A DNA stretch of 48,396 nucleotides from Candidatus Hermodarchaeota archaeon (GCA_048885865.1 JBHLLF010000022.1:1-48396); one strand, 5' to 3'; positions 38,001-47,660 are shown, numbered from the stretch's first letter. Program-made: numbers and translations. Notes: generated by a model from the letters alone, not told the origin.

Positions 38001-41000
38001 TTGCACCAGGGATGGGATCACCAGAGAGGTAGTCACTGAACTCGATGGTGGCACTCAAGTTGAAGTAATAGAAGGCACCAGGAGTTGAAAGCACCCGACC
38101 CTGGGTGAATCGAGCATTTATGTTGACCGCGGTGGATGTTGTTGCGTTGGCATAATATGGAGTGAAGTCGCCCCAGAAGAACTTGACAAAGATCGGATGA
38201 CCTGAAACTAGAACAGATGTCAGAACAGTCGAGTTGATTGATATTATGTAGACACCATTTGCACCACTTATGCTGAATTCTGAATCAAGAATCAGCGTGC
38301 CTCCTCCATGTGTGAGAATGAGTACACTCTTGTTGAGCGATATCGGAGAGCCATCGAGAGAATCGGCTATTGTCAATTCGAAACTCACATTCTCAAGGAA
38401 GGGTGTATTGAGCGGTGACTTTGAAACACTCAGGCTGACAGGTCTTCTTGAAACCTCAATGTCCACCAACCGGACGCGTTCCAAGTAGAAGGGACTGCCA
38501 GTCCAGTTCGCTGTGATTTCTATTGTGTATCGCCCGAAATTACCAAGAGCAACAGTTGATATGCGGACTCTGTAGTAGCCAGAGCCAAGCTCATCGACCC
38601 AGTAGTTGCTGTCCAGCACAAGAGGCTGGGAAGATGTTGCACAAAATGCGTAGACCTGAGCTCCCTCAATCCCTGCATCAGTGCTGTCATCGATGTATTG
38701 GACTGTTATGTTGGCTTGAGTCAGGAATGGTGCAAGATCTGGAAGCTCACTTGTCATCTGGGTACGTCTAGCTTGAATGGTCAAGTAGAAGAAGTCAACA
38801 GCATCTGCACAGAACCTGACTCCTCCATAGGCAATTGAAACATTTACAATGAAAGTTCCGGTAGACGGGAATCCGTCAGTCCTTAACTCAAGTGTATAGG
38901 TTCCATCTCCGTTGTCGGCGTAATCATAGAATCCAGCCATTCCCATAACTGTGAGTGTGCCGCCGTCCATTCCCAGCGATGTGAGATCATCCTGATCAGT
39001 ATATGTAAATACCAAGGTCAGATTGTTGCCAAATTGAACCGGCGAGTAAACGCCATGCGTTAGCGACGTGTACCGTTCACGCACATTGATGAAGATGTTG
39101 ACCGTACGATTCTGATAGAATGGACTACCCGACCATACAAGATTCACTTGAAATGAATGGGTTCCTGTTGACAAGAAGAGCGAAGTATCAACCTGTATGA
39201 AGAATATGCCAGTGGTATCCCCATCATAGTAGATTGTGAAGGCATAGCCGGGTGTCGTGATTTGAAGACTTGGACTATCTAGAATATTGCTGTCCGATAG
39301 TACATCTTTGAAGGTAAGAGTAAGATTGACCTTCTCATCATAAGGAGTGACCGGCAATGGATTCCAGTTAACAACTGTCTGTCTGTATGTGGAAAAGACA
39401 CTGAGGAGTAGAGTTCTGTTCTCATAAAGCGGAAGGGCTCCTTTTGTCCAGTTCACATGTATTCGCAGCTGACATTCGATAAGTCCAGACAAATAGGATG
39501 AGTTGAACTCAATCCGGTATTCACCAGGACTACCAACGAAATCGATTTCTGTTATTACCATGAGGCTCTGTGTTAATGTTTGGCCAGGTGTGATTACTTC
39601 GATGTAGATGAGAACGTTATTGGCGAATGGACCAGTGCCATTCACAATTCCGTTGGTGGCACCGACATCCCAGTAGATTATTGTGAATGTGATATTTTCG
39701 CCATAAGGCGTGGATGTTGGACTGGTCCCTAGAAACAGGTCCGTCGGGGCTCCAGAGATTCTTACTGAGAAGGTCAAGACTTTGTTATCATACTTTGCGC
39801 GTTGGCCGGTCCAATTTGCATATACCGATAGCTGTTTCCAGCCAATATCACCCCATTGGCTCGCAGGCACAGCAATAATGTATTGTCCAGCGATTGAACC
39901 ATTGTAGACCGTATAGGTCAGGGGCTCGACGACTGGAGAGGTCACATAGATTAACACATCTGATCCAATTATGCCTGAGAGTGTTGATGCATCATAATAC
40001 GTCACATTGATGAGAATCATCCCGGTATAAGGTGTAGGCTCTACGGGGTTATCAAGAGATAAGAGGGTAAGATGGCTAGTGACAATGACTGTAATTGAGA
40101 AAGTATGATTCTGATAGCCAAACCTACTCACATCAAAAACAACATCGTAGCTTTGTAGAAAGTCAGTTTCAGTGGAGAAGAATACGACTTCATATATCCC
40201 TGGAGATGTCATTGTTACAGTGTAATTCTGATCTCCGAGAACATGACTTTCTGACCAATTGCATACTATTGAGCTCTCAGCCCCAGTAATAGGCTGATCA
40301 TGATCCGTGTCCCATACTGTCAATGAAACTGACTCTTGGAATCCGATTGGCAGGTATACAACACTCCGAGAGGTCGACACAGATGTGAACAACTGTCTGA
40401 CTTCAATGAATAGCGTGATGCTTGCTGTGACGTAGAAGTCCTTCTGCGCGGTGACGACCACTGCATATGTTCCTAGATTCGTATTCGGAGTTGTTATCGT
40501 CAATGTGTAGTTCCCGGGTTCGCCAGGTGCTGGGACAACTGTGTATGATGAATCAGTCCAATTGCATAGTATGGTGGCTCCATCGATACCTGCATCACGA
40601 GAGTCAGCAAAGATGAGCTCAAAGGATGCATCCCAACTTCGAGGAACTGTCAGCCCAGGCGCATCAGGAGAACTTAGACTTGTTTCTTCTATGACATTGA
40701 TGACAAATGTTTCTAGGATTGAGTCATAGTAGGCATTACTCCATGTTAAAATGATCACATATCTACCGGGGGTTCCTAAATCCGCCGTGTTCAGAACAAC
40801 GCTATATTCACCTGTCCCCATATCATTCAGTGGATTGACTCCACTAGTCCAATTGTAGGTGGCTGTACCGCCAGGAAGAAGGTCACCATTATCAGAATCA
40901 TTGACTCTCACCTGAAGCAGCATATCCTGACCGTATGTGAGGTTCCTCATCCAAGTGATTTTAGACTCCCGAGGATATGTTACATACATGTCTGTGGCAT

Positions 41001-42783
41001 GTTGAATCGCAAACACTCTACCATAGAGACCCACATCGTGAATCGAGCCGCCCGAGATAGAGTCGTTAGCAAATGCTTCAACGGTCCATTGTCCAACCTC
41101 AGCTGTCAACGCATCAAGGTTCACGTCTGTAGTCTCAGCAATTCCACCGACAACTGTGGCCTCAAGGCGGTCCCATAGTGCACCAGAGGTATCATAGATT
41201 GAGAAGCTTACTACTGCACCATTGAAGGCAGAGCTGAGTTGGGCTCTGAAGCGGACATTGTCGTTCGCACGATAGGTATAGGTTGAATCCCAAGCAGAGC
41301 CAGTCCACATCTGCAGGTCTTGAATCATATTGTCGGAGTGCCCTTGGAAACGCCAGAAACCATTTTGGTATGTGTCAGTAATGCCTTCGTACACAGACAC
41401 ATTCACACTGGTCGAGTCTTGAGACCAATAGGCAAAATCAGAATCAGGATATCGAGGCTCAGACACCATGTCAATCGTACGAGTAGTTTCCTTTGTGAGG
41501 TTAAGGAAGTAGAGGTTTGAATATCCATTGGGTACAGCGACGAAATAGTAGCTGTTCCATTGGACCTGAGAGCTATTTGATACTGAGAAATACTCTCCAT
41601 AGCTTTGGACTTCAGCCTGGTATAATGAGGATCTATTCAATTTCCTTGCGTATACGGTCATATCAACTGAGAATGTCACACGAATAACATCAATTGGGTC
41701 TGGATTGACTGGTGTGGGCGTCCAGGAGAAAGTCGAGTTGACTGAGCTTCCAGTCCACGGAATCTGAGGAACTTCAGTGGCGGTTCCAACACCCCATAGC
41801 CAGCCGCCGATGCCGTCGCTAGTGTTTGCCACATCAAGTCCATTCATCTTTAGATTCACCTGAGATGGCAGTACACGCGATTTCACAAACACCTTCACAT
41901 TGTCCATACGGACCTCAGGATTCAGCTGGGGTTGGCAGCCAAACGATCGGGTTGTCCTCACTCCTATCTGTAGTGTGAAATCTGAGGAAGTGATCAGGGA
42001 CGCATTTCCCTCCACGAGTCCAGTGGAATACCAAGTTGTCTGGGCTAGAACATCATTGAATTGAATGTCCCAGAGATGGTTTGCCACGATATCAGCTGAA
42101 CCAACTTGTACATAAAGCTCCCAAAAGCCCACAGGTGCGCCACCCCATGCGTCATCTACCCAATAGTCAAGCGATACACCAACCCATGTAACCTCACCGC
42201 TACTTGTAGATATGCTCTGCTCGGCATAGCTTCGATCGCCAAGGTCATGACGATACCAACCTCCATCCAGATCCCCTGTCTGGGTGAAGCTAATTACTCC
42301 TCCTGATATTACAGGGATGAATAGGTTGGTATGCGGGCCTATTTCATCAGTCCCAAGTGTCCAGTCAGAGGTTGTGGAAAAGTCAGGATTTGTAATCCAA
42401 GTTCGATTCTCTTGGAGGTCACTGATAGAGGTAGAAATTGCTGTCCCTTCCCAGAGAGGACCTAATGGAACTGAAGTTGTATCAGATGTAGTCGTATTGG
42501 AGGTTTCATAGGTGAGTTCAATATCGGTGAAACTATCAGTTCGCACACCGTATTCCGAAACATTCAGAGGAGAGCCAACACCGTCTCGAGCAAGTGGTAC
42601 ATCGGAAAGGCTGTATGAATGGAGAACTTCGTCCGATTGAACCTCAATAGTCTGTCCTCCTCCAATATCCACAAGACGAGAGCTTTCAGTATCTTGTCCT
42701 ATGATGTTATGACCACCAAAGGTCGACAGAAGAAGAATCGGCAGTAGCAAGATTGTAAGTGAAAGAGTCCGACGACTGTGCAT
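35059..42783 (-). CDS. Giant type I membrane protein (~2574 aa) with Ig-like repeats and conserved cytoplasmic tail (paralog B)
   Basis: Collinear with paralog A; ATG 42783 has GGAGG upstream (track start 42819); TM FSYAGFLLILVAGLAAAYV. Confidence 0.92.
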   Translation of the reverse strand: MHSRRTLSLTILLLPILLLSTFGGHNIIGQDTESSRLVDIGGGQTIEVQSDEVLHSYSLSDVPLARDGVGSPLNVSEYGVRTDSFTDIELTYETSNTTTSDTTSVPLGPLWEGTAISTSISDLQENRTWITNPDFSTTSDWTLGTDEIGPHTNLFIPVISGGVISFTQTGDLDGGWYRHDLGDRSYAEQSISTSSGEVTWVGVSLDYWVDDAWGGAPVGFWELYVQVGSADIVANHLWDIQFNDVLAQTTWYSTGLVEGNASLITSSDFTLQIGVRTTRSFGCQPQLNPEVRMDNVKVFVKSRVLPSQVNLKMNGLDVANTSDGIGGWLWGVGTATEVPQIPWTGSSVNSTFSWTPTPVNPDPIDVIRVTFSVDMTVYARKLNRSSLYQAEVQSYGEYFSVSNSSQVQWNSYYFVAVPNGYSNLYFLNLTKETTRTIDMVSEPRYPDSDFAYWSQDSTSVNVSVYEGITDTYQNGFWRFQGHSDNMIQDLQMWTGSAWDSTYTYRANDNVRFRAQLSSAFNGAVVSFSIYDTSGALWDRLEATVVGGIAETTDVNLDALTAEVGQWTVEAFANDSISGGSIHDVGLYGRVFAIQHATDMYVTYPRESKITWMRNLTYGQDMLLQVRVNDSDNGDLLPGGTATYNWTSGVNPLNDMGTGEYSVVLNTADLGTPGRYVIILTWSNAYYDSILETFVINVIEETSLSSPDAPGLTVPRSWDASFELIFADSRDAGIDGATILCNWTDSSYTVVPAPGEPGNYTLTITTPNTNLGTYAVVVTAQKDFYVTASITLFIEVRQLFTSVSTSRSVVYLPIGFQESVSLTVWDTDHDQPITGAESSIVCNWSESHVLGDQNYTVTMTSPGIYEVVFFSTETDFLQSYDVVFDVSRFGYQNHTFSITVIVTSHLTLLSLDNPVEPTPYTGMILINVTYYDASTLSGIIGSDVLIYVTSPVVEPLTYTVYNGSIAGQYIIAVPASQWGDIGWKQLSVYANWTGQRAKYDNKVLTFSVRISGAPTDLFLGTSPTSTPYGENITFTIIYWDVGATNGIVNGTGPFANNVLIYIEVITPGQTLTQSLMVITEIDFVGSPGEYRIEFNSSYLSGLIECQLRIHVNWTKGALPLYENRTLLLSVFSTYRQTVVNWNPLPVTPYDEKVNLTLTFKDVLSDSNILDSPSLQITTPGYAFTIYYDGDTTGIFFIQVDTSLFLSTGTHSFQVNLVWSGSPFYQNRTVNIFINVRERYTSLTHGVYSPVQFGNNLTLVFTYTDQDDLTSLGMDGGTLTVMGMAGFYDYADNGDGTYTLELRTDGFPSTGTFIVNVSIAYGGVRFCADAVDFFYLTIQARRTQMTSELPDLAPFLTQANITVQYIDDSTDAGIEGAQVYAFCATSSQPLVLDSNYWVDELGSGYYRVRISTVALGNFGRYTIEITANWTGSPFYLERVRLVDIEVSRRPVSLSVSKSPLNTPFLENVSFELTIADSLDGSPISLNKSVLILTHGGGTLILDSEFSISGANGVYIISINSTVLTSVLVSGHPIFVKFFWGDFTPYYANATTSTAVNINARFTQGRVLSTPGAFYYFNLSATIEFSDYLSGDPIPGAMVTFTCVNDSVFSSWIVDMGDGRYKIIVDTNDLEAGIGRYFFSADITWSGSPYYKDVIGLEFSVLVNPVSTSLNFVLPQGVTYYLGDLVVGNITFTDINEGQGIDGATVVSDWTALWGTTHTITPLGNGIYRMEIDTSGLNAQIYTFSINASKFLHLSRSVTADILLAAIPVEIDLVFSPTDPVWGDVLEFSANVTDARNGAPVLAATVNLTLYGRTYTMAEIGGGIYNATVSTMGLVSGEYTIRVESTLLNYETRQRDFQIRIDKVPAKILASLDPQVAVNGETVTIEADYLIFSNSTAIEIGLVKYSWIGGTGVLTWVPAQQKYIGQMIVANAAVGNHQILIQASSSIYKSVSTPITIEITEITTALSAYQGVTVLSAVSGDFVNVTVYLENVDLTGPVLGAALTYGIDVIVGDLTELGNGYYTAQVPTGAPLQIGDWILTVSSLKDGFTPASTQFTITILKVPTAVLPISDVLQNGYYGTNLTFLLSFNDTFNNIGIAGALATYVLEGRGGTLVEVGGGVYSLTINTTWVTAGLIAHDISVIFQKNLYDYAYSVVKFVAMPISTEVIGSDSATVPVGDDFTQMFQFNDTLNNELLVDASVTAFWEFGSAPLFALGNGSYRFGPTEAGFSRLEVRSEPYALRILFSKANYSTQQLNFDLTIREIATSMIFEPLLPSTYVGEPFYVRITYMDVDHGVPIIDAINTTTPLENEASLAMVHPNGTYVFAFIPSAVRYYELVITLDKEDYRRGVLTLDIYSVFSPETQAMFQTFSYAGFLLILVAGLAAAYVRVWSVPKLLRIIRRMVSMLGKGQIPPAAKVSDRRTYLLRVMNDELEPVGIRKTMQDVAVSTVEVEALDVEQLLEELQVVVGLTHDDIAVLRSDLEKMRPSERAGFIGEVIRQERSRRARELAEVEVSAEAPEAVSEAERMLTEDELEHLKQELIKMGIEPSEADLMVEQARSLTKAEIDALLDQIGGLKE

Positions 42784-42901
42784 TCTAACGTCTCCTCCAA
42801 TAGATGCAGTGTGACCCATACTGCTCCTGAATTGAACTCAGCTGAGGATGTAAGAGAGTCGTCTCTCCCACATATTAAACAAATGGGTGAATATTGATTC
42901 C

Positions 42902-42927
42902 AAAAAATCAAAAAGCTTTCGATTTTT
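42902..42927 (-). terminator. Hairpin/oligo-T terminator after the metalloprotease gene
   Basis: Minus strand AAAAATCGAAAGCTTTTTGATTTTTT, 12 nt after the stop at 42940. Confidence 0.55.
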
Positions 42928-42939
42928 CGAACGGCGCTG

Positions 42940-45144
42940 TCAGGAGCCTCCAAACTCCCTCCGTCTGTAAATCAATACTCCGGCTGCTGCTATTATCACT
43001 ATGGCACCAGCGCCAAACACAATGGCTACCGGAAATTCAGGAACGGCAATCGTAAACTCTTGACTGAACAGGAGCAATTGCGCGCCATTCATTCCCCAAT
43101 CGGATGCTGATGCATAGACATCCAAGTTTGTGTCTTGGATAATATCGAATGCGGGGATGGAAGCACTCCAATTGGTGCCATCCTGTGAGCAAGTGTATTG
43201 GCCATAGATTTCTTCATTCATCTCCAGAATGATGCTCACATTCTGGACACCTGAGAAGTCGTCGGTGACAGTTACCCAGACATCGAATCCGGATTGATCT
43301 ATTGGCAGACTATCAACACCCCAATCTTGAATGACTGGCGATATTGCATCAAGTTGCGAATAGAACATGTTCCGGGTGTAGTCTCGGGCACGGACTAACT
43401 CATTGTAGCACTCCATCCACATCATGTGATTGTAGTAGGATTGAGCCAGATCAAAGCTTTGCAGAGCCCATTCTTGAGCGTCATAGGTCTCTTGTCGTTC
43501 GTCATCACCTACATCTTGGGACTTCTCGGCAAAATCATTCCAGACCTCAGCCTCCATCTGATCGAGGTATGTGCCCTGCACCCAATTTTGGTCGAAGGTT
43601 GCAGTGCCATTATGGAAGCCGAAGTAGCCCATTGGACTATAGCTGAAGTCGCCAACGTAGTGCCCGTTTATCCATGTATGTCCAATTCCAATGCCATGCA
43701 TCGTTTCATGGAGTTGAACAATTGAAACACCATCCTTTGGTGTGATACCATCAGGACGATAATAGCGTTCCCAAGCCTTCCATATTACCGTCTGGCCCAT
43801 GCCTCCCAGCCCAGTGAAGGTCCGATTATCATAATGCATCTCCATTTGCTGTTTTATGAAGACTACTCCAAAAACTTCTATGTCATCGCTCGTGGTATTG
43901 ATATAGTCCGGCCTCATGTTGGTATAGATATCCCACCACATCGTTGAGCCATTCGCAATGGTAGTCCCATCCTCGACGTAAGCATTTCTCCAAAAGAGAG
44001 CATCCCAATCTGGATGGTTGTCGATGTTGAGAAAATCTATGTTGACCTCCCATGGGATAAATGGGAGGAGCTCGGAGAGATGATGACGCTGCCGGTTGGC
44101 ATCGGTGACCCAAGCTAGACTCTGAACTGGTATGCCCATAGCGACATCCATGCAGAATACCAATCCGACAAATCTGCCTGAATCAACATAGGCAGATGGA
44201 CTATTCTGTTGTGGAATGAACAGGAATGCTACAGGGTCATACAGATAATCATGCAGGTATACATTAAGAGCATGCACTCCCGCAGGTGTACCCAGGTCTA
44301 CTGAAGACACTTTGTCCTCAAGATCCATGGTGCAGTGCTCAGGTTGATCATCATAGGGGGGAGAGCCCCACCAGATGCGTGCCCATCTTAAGTACCATTG
44401 ATCGGCACTCGCATCTAGGACGAATAGGTTGTGGCGGCCGCCAAAGCCCGCATATTGCAGCTTCACATCAGGATTCAGCTCATTGTCCCATTCCAGACGG
44501 AACCAATTCTGTGATTCTCCTGAATCGGAATCAACTGGATTGTAGTCGTACCAGTGCTCAAATGAATGGTCAGCGCTATCGAACTCGCTGAAGTTGAAAA
44601 TGTAGAGAATATATCCGAGATTCGGGGGAGCAACAGCCGGATTCTCATTGAGCCAATCTTCTACAGCCTCACCATCGATAACTCTTCCAGCTCTGGGAGA
44701 GAATATCGTCTGCGGCTCGTCTGGATTGTTCTCTTGATATTCCAAGGCAGCCTCGTCTAGCTGCGACCCTGTTTCAGGTCCATTTATTGAGTTCTCTATC
44801 ATATATTGGGTTAAGTCATCAGTCCAAGATTCTCCTGCATGAGTAACACTGTAGTCTATTTGGTAGCTGATATCAACAATTGGAGTCGCATGATCACTCG
44901 ATACCGGAAGTCCGCCTATCAAGGTGGCTTCTTCTATTAGGGAGGGTTCGTAATTCACTAGCACAATTTCAATAGACCAGGCCCGGTTTATGGTGTCAAT
45001 GGGATCGTAGGTCTGGCCAATTTGAAATGATGATTCAACTGGCTTAACATGCATTGAAGACACAGGCTGTATAATCAATAGACATAGAAGAATGGAAAAC
45101 AGGCTGGCGGGGACACGCATGGTGACGAAGAGGTTTGAAATCAT
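42940..45144 (-). CDS. Secreted, C-terminally anchored metzincin-like Zn metalloprotease
   Basis: Signal peptide; HETMHGIGIGH (HExxHxxGxxH, 43678-43710) and downstream SPMGY Met-turn; C-terminal VPEFP + TM + RRR. Confidence 0.82.
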   Translation of the reverse strand: MISNLFVTMRVPASLFSILLCLLIIQPVSSMHVKPVESSFQIGQTYDPIDTINRAWSIEIVLVNYEPSLIEEATLIGGLPVSSDHATPIVDISYQIDYSVTHAGESWTDDLTQYMIENSINGPETGSQLDEAALEYQENNPDEPQTIFSPRAGRVIDGEAVEDWLNENPAVAPPNLGYILYIFNFSEFDSADHSFEHWYDYNPVDSDSGESQNWFRLEWDNELNPDVKLQYAGFGGRHNLFVLDASADQWYLRWARIWWGSPPYDDQPEHCTMDLEDKVSSVDLGTPAGVHALNVYLHDYLYDPVAFLFIPQQNSPSAYVDSGRFVGLVFCMDVAMGIPVQSLAWVTDANRQRHHLSELLPFIPWEVNIDFLNIDNHPDWDALFWRNAYVEDGTTIANGSTMWWDIYTNMRPDYINTTSDDIEVFGVVFIKQQMEMHYDNRTFTGLGGMGQTVIWKAWERYYRPDGITPKDGVSIVQLHETMHGIGIGHTWINGHYVGDFSYSPMGYFGFHNGTATFDQNWVQGTYLDQMEAEVWNDFAEKSQDVGDDERQETYDAQEWALQSFDLAQSYYNHMMWMECYNELVRARDYTRNMFYSQLDAISPVIQDWGVDSLPIDQSGFDVWVTVTDDFSGVQNVSIILEMNEEIYGQYTCSQDGTNWSASIPAFDIIQDTNLDVYASASDWGMNGAQLLLFSQEFTIAVPEFPVAIVFGAGAIVIIAAAGVLIYRRREFGGS

Positions 45145-45191
45145 ATTAACTCAATGGTCTCTGTATTCAAATCATGACACCAGACTCGCTG

Positions 45192-45209
45192 ATGAATGGC
45201 GCCATTCAT
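45192..45209. promoter_or_regulatory. 18-bp perfect palindrome ATGAATGGCGCCATTCAT in a divergent intergenic region
   Basis: Directly visible; 47 nt upstream of the protease start. Confidence 0.5.
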
Positions 45210-45522
45210 ATCTTCGTAGCACCTCATATCATATATGACAAATTCATATATATTACTGAGATGATATGTGGAAGTTAGTGCGTCGGCCTTCGGTACTCCG
45301 AAAAGAGTTCAACGACTTTCATGCCTGTTGGCATAAAGACTCCACACACACGACCCAAATTGCAAAGACTCCGGCCGACGCCTACTTTATAGATCTCATG
45401 GCCTATTTCGGGGGGAGTAAGCTGATATCTGTAGATGATTAAAGAGCTCGATTCATAGATTGGTTCCTTCGCTACTCTTAAATCACCGTCAGATTCCCCT
45501 TCGCGAGCCCGGAGAGCTTCTG

Positions 45523-46962
45523 ATGATATTGAAAGGCAGACCAACAATCAAAGAAATGCTTGAGATTGAGTCAGTAGCAATAATTGGTGTTTCTCCTTCA
45601 ATGGGATACTACTGGGCGCATTCAATGCTGCAATGGCAGCATGATCTTCGAGTGTGGCTGGTTTCGAGAAGAGAAGGGACAGTTCTTGGACAGAAGCTGT
45701 ATCAGAGTATAGAGGAGATACCAGAGAGGATAGACTATGCCATTATTCGAGTCCCCTATCAAGCTGTGCCGGAAGTATTGAAACAGGCATCAGAAAAAGG
45801 AGCAAAGGGTGCAACGATATTCACGAGTGGGTTTTCTGAGCTTGGAACTGAAGAAGGGTTGCGTCGTGAGCAAGAACTCAAGCAAGTTATCGACGAGTTG
45901 CCAATCCGGGTCTTTGGACCAAATTGCATGGGTCTGATGTATCCAAAGATTGGGTTCAGTTTCATGCCAACTGTCATGCAGAGGATTGGAAATGTAGGAT
46001 TCATCTCCCAATCGGGGGGTGTAGCTATCAGTACATATACCGCAGGGGTTGAATCCGGTGTAGGCTTTAGTAAGGTGTTCTCATTTGGCAATGGAGTTGA
46101 TATCGCTCCGACCGAATTGCTTGAGTATTTCCAGACAGATGAGGAAACAAGTACCGTAGGTGCGTATATTGAGGGAACTAGTCAGGGGAGAGAGTTTCTG
46201 AAAGCCCTAAGAAACCTCGCTGAGAGGAAACCAGTTGTTGTACTCAAGGGAGGAAGATCTCAGGAAGGATCCAGAGTTGTATCCTCACACACCGGAGCTT
46301 TGGCAGGGAGTAAGCATGTGTGGGACGCCGCCTTTCGACAAGCTAATGTTCCCACAGTTAGGACTCTTGAGGACTTAATAGCGACGCTTAGTGTGTTCTC
46401 ACTGAGTCCGAAACCAGAATCATACAATGTTGGCATCATCGCAATTAGCGGAGGAACTAGTGTCGTATACACGGACCTCTGTATCGAAAGCGGATTGAAG
46501 GTTCCAAGGACATCCAAAGAAATCCTAGAGAAACTGGATCCAATGATAAAGGATGTAGGAACTTCTTTGAGTAATCCCATCGATCTTGCTGCTGATTACT
46601 ACGACTTGGAGAATATTGGTGAGATCATAAAGACTGTTGGAGAAGAGAAGAGATTTGATTCAATAATTCTTGAAGCCGACCCCCATCATATTCATCAAGT
46701 GGGTACGATATTGGGATTGCAAGATGCGACCGAGTTCTTCTGGAAAATGATGTCTGAGGCTAGTCGGCATATCGTAGACAGCCAAATCAAGCCAGTTCTT
46801 ATTGCAATACCAGAGGTAGCCTATGCAGAAGCTCGGATGAGGTGCTGGAATGTCTTTGTCGAGGAAGGACTCCCTGTTTTCAGAAATATGAGCGAGGCGA
46901 TAGGAGCTCTATCTAAGGCCTGCCAGTACTATGAAGCAAAAGATAGAAGAAGCAGAGCATAG
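45523..46962 (+). CDS. Acyl-CoA synthetase (ADP-forming) alpha-subunit-like protein
   Basis: CoA-binding N-terminus, GPNCMG, SQSGG, SFGN, YIEG, LKGGRS..G....SHTGALAG (phospho-His), ISGG, NPIDL; no fused ATP-grasp; ATG 45523 preferred over TTG 45460. Confidence 0.88.
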   Translation: MILKGRPTIKEMLEIESVAIIGVSPSMGYYWAHSMLQWQHDLRVWLVSRREGTVLGQKLYQSIEEIPERIDYAIIRVPYQAVPEVLKQASEKGAKGATIFTSGFSELGTEEGLRREQELKQVIDELPIRVFGPNCMGLMYPKIGFSFMPTVMQRIGNVGFISQSGGVAISTYTAGVESGVGFSKVFSFGNGVDIAPTELLEYFQTDEETSTVGAYIEGTSQGREFLKALRNLAERKPVVVLKGGRSQEGSRVVSSHTGALAGSKHVWDAAFRQANVPTVRTLEDLIATLSVFSLSPKPESYNVGIIAISGGTSVVYTDLCIESGLKVPRTSKEILEKLDPMIKDVGTSLSNPIDLAADYYDLENIGEIIKTVGEEKRFDSIILEADPHHIHQVGTILGLQDATEFFWKMMSEASRHIVDSQIKPVLIAIPEVAYAEARMRCWNVFVEEGLPVFRNMSEAIGALSKACQYYEAKDRRSRA

Positions 46963-46968
46963 CTGTAT

Positions 46969-47559
46969 CTAGGATCCTCCACGAACAATCCAAGAAACGA
47001 GCTCGGAATCCATAGCATTCTCTTTAAGCATAGCATTTCGATATGTGGGATTCTGCAGCTGAAGCCACACGTGTCGCAAGTCATAATCAAATCCAACAAT
47101 CTTGAAGGCGGTTTCTATTCCATATGGCCGAAATGCCACAAATGCAAGTGTCATAGTTGCTCCCACGAATGTGAAGAAAAGAGCAGTCCATACAGTGAGT
47201 GGGCGACCATGGCTAAGATCATTTCCTATCAACATGACCGCAAAGATGAGCATGCAGACAGCCAATGCTGCATAGAAGGTGGAAGCTGCTCTCAGCCTCA
47301 TAATGCCACCATCCTCAAGATTATGGTCCTCACACACGTAGACATGGAAGGTCCTGACATCTGGAGCGGGAATCCCAACTAGTTTCCGTTCATAGTGAGC
47401 CACTGCACCAACAGAAAGGAACTTTGTATTGTGATGGGTGGTGACTACTTTGGTAACTCGATTCGTTTCTGAGCCACAGACAGGACACATCTTGGGAAAT
47501 CTGACTCGAGAGATTCGCACCCTAACAAGGGGATCCTTGAAGGTCTCTCTTCTTACCAT
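46969..47559 (-). CDS. Membrane protein with N-terminal Zn ribbon (CxxC...CxxH) and 2 TM
   Basis: FPKMCPVCG...VCEDH, then two hydrophobic helices. Confidence 0.78.
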   Translation of the reverse strand: MVRRETFKDPLVRVRISRVRFPKMCPVCGSETNRVTKVVTTHHNTKFLSVGAVAHYERKLVGIPAPDVRTFHVYVCEDHNLEDGGIMRLRAASTFYAALAVCMLIFAVMLIGNDLSHGRPLTVWTALFFTFVGATMTLAFVAFRPYGIETAFKIVGFDYDLRHVWLQLQNPTYRNAMLKENAMDSELVSWIVRGGS

Positions 47560-47643
47560 TTTGCCGCACCCAAGGATTTGCCATAAATTCCATTCTCAAT
47601 TTAGTCTGCCGGAAAGGGTAAGTCAAGGATAGAGAAAGGGATA

Positions 47644-47660
47644 TGGTCACACCGTGACCA
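47644..47660. promoter_or_regulatory. Inverted repeat TGGTCAC-ACC-GTGACCA, operator candidate
   Basis: Perfect 7-bp arms, ~85 nt upstream of the 47559 start. Confidence 0.35.
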
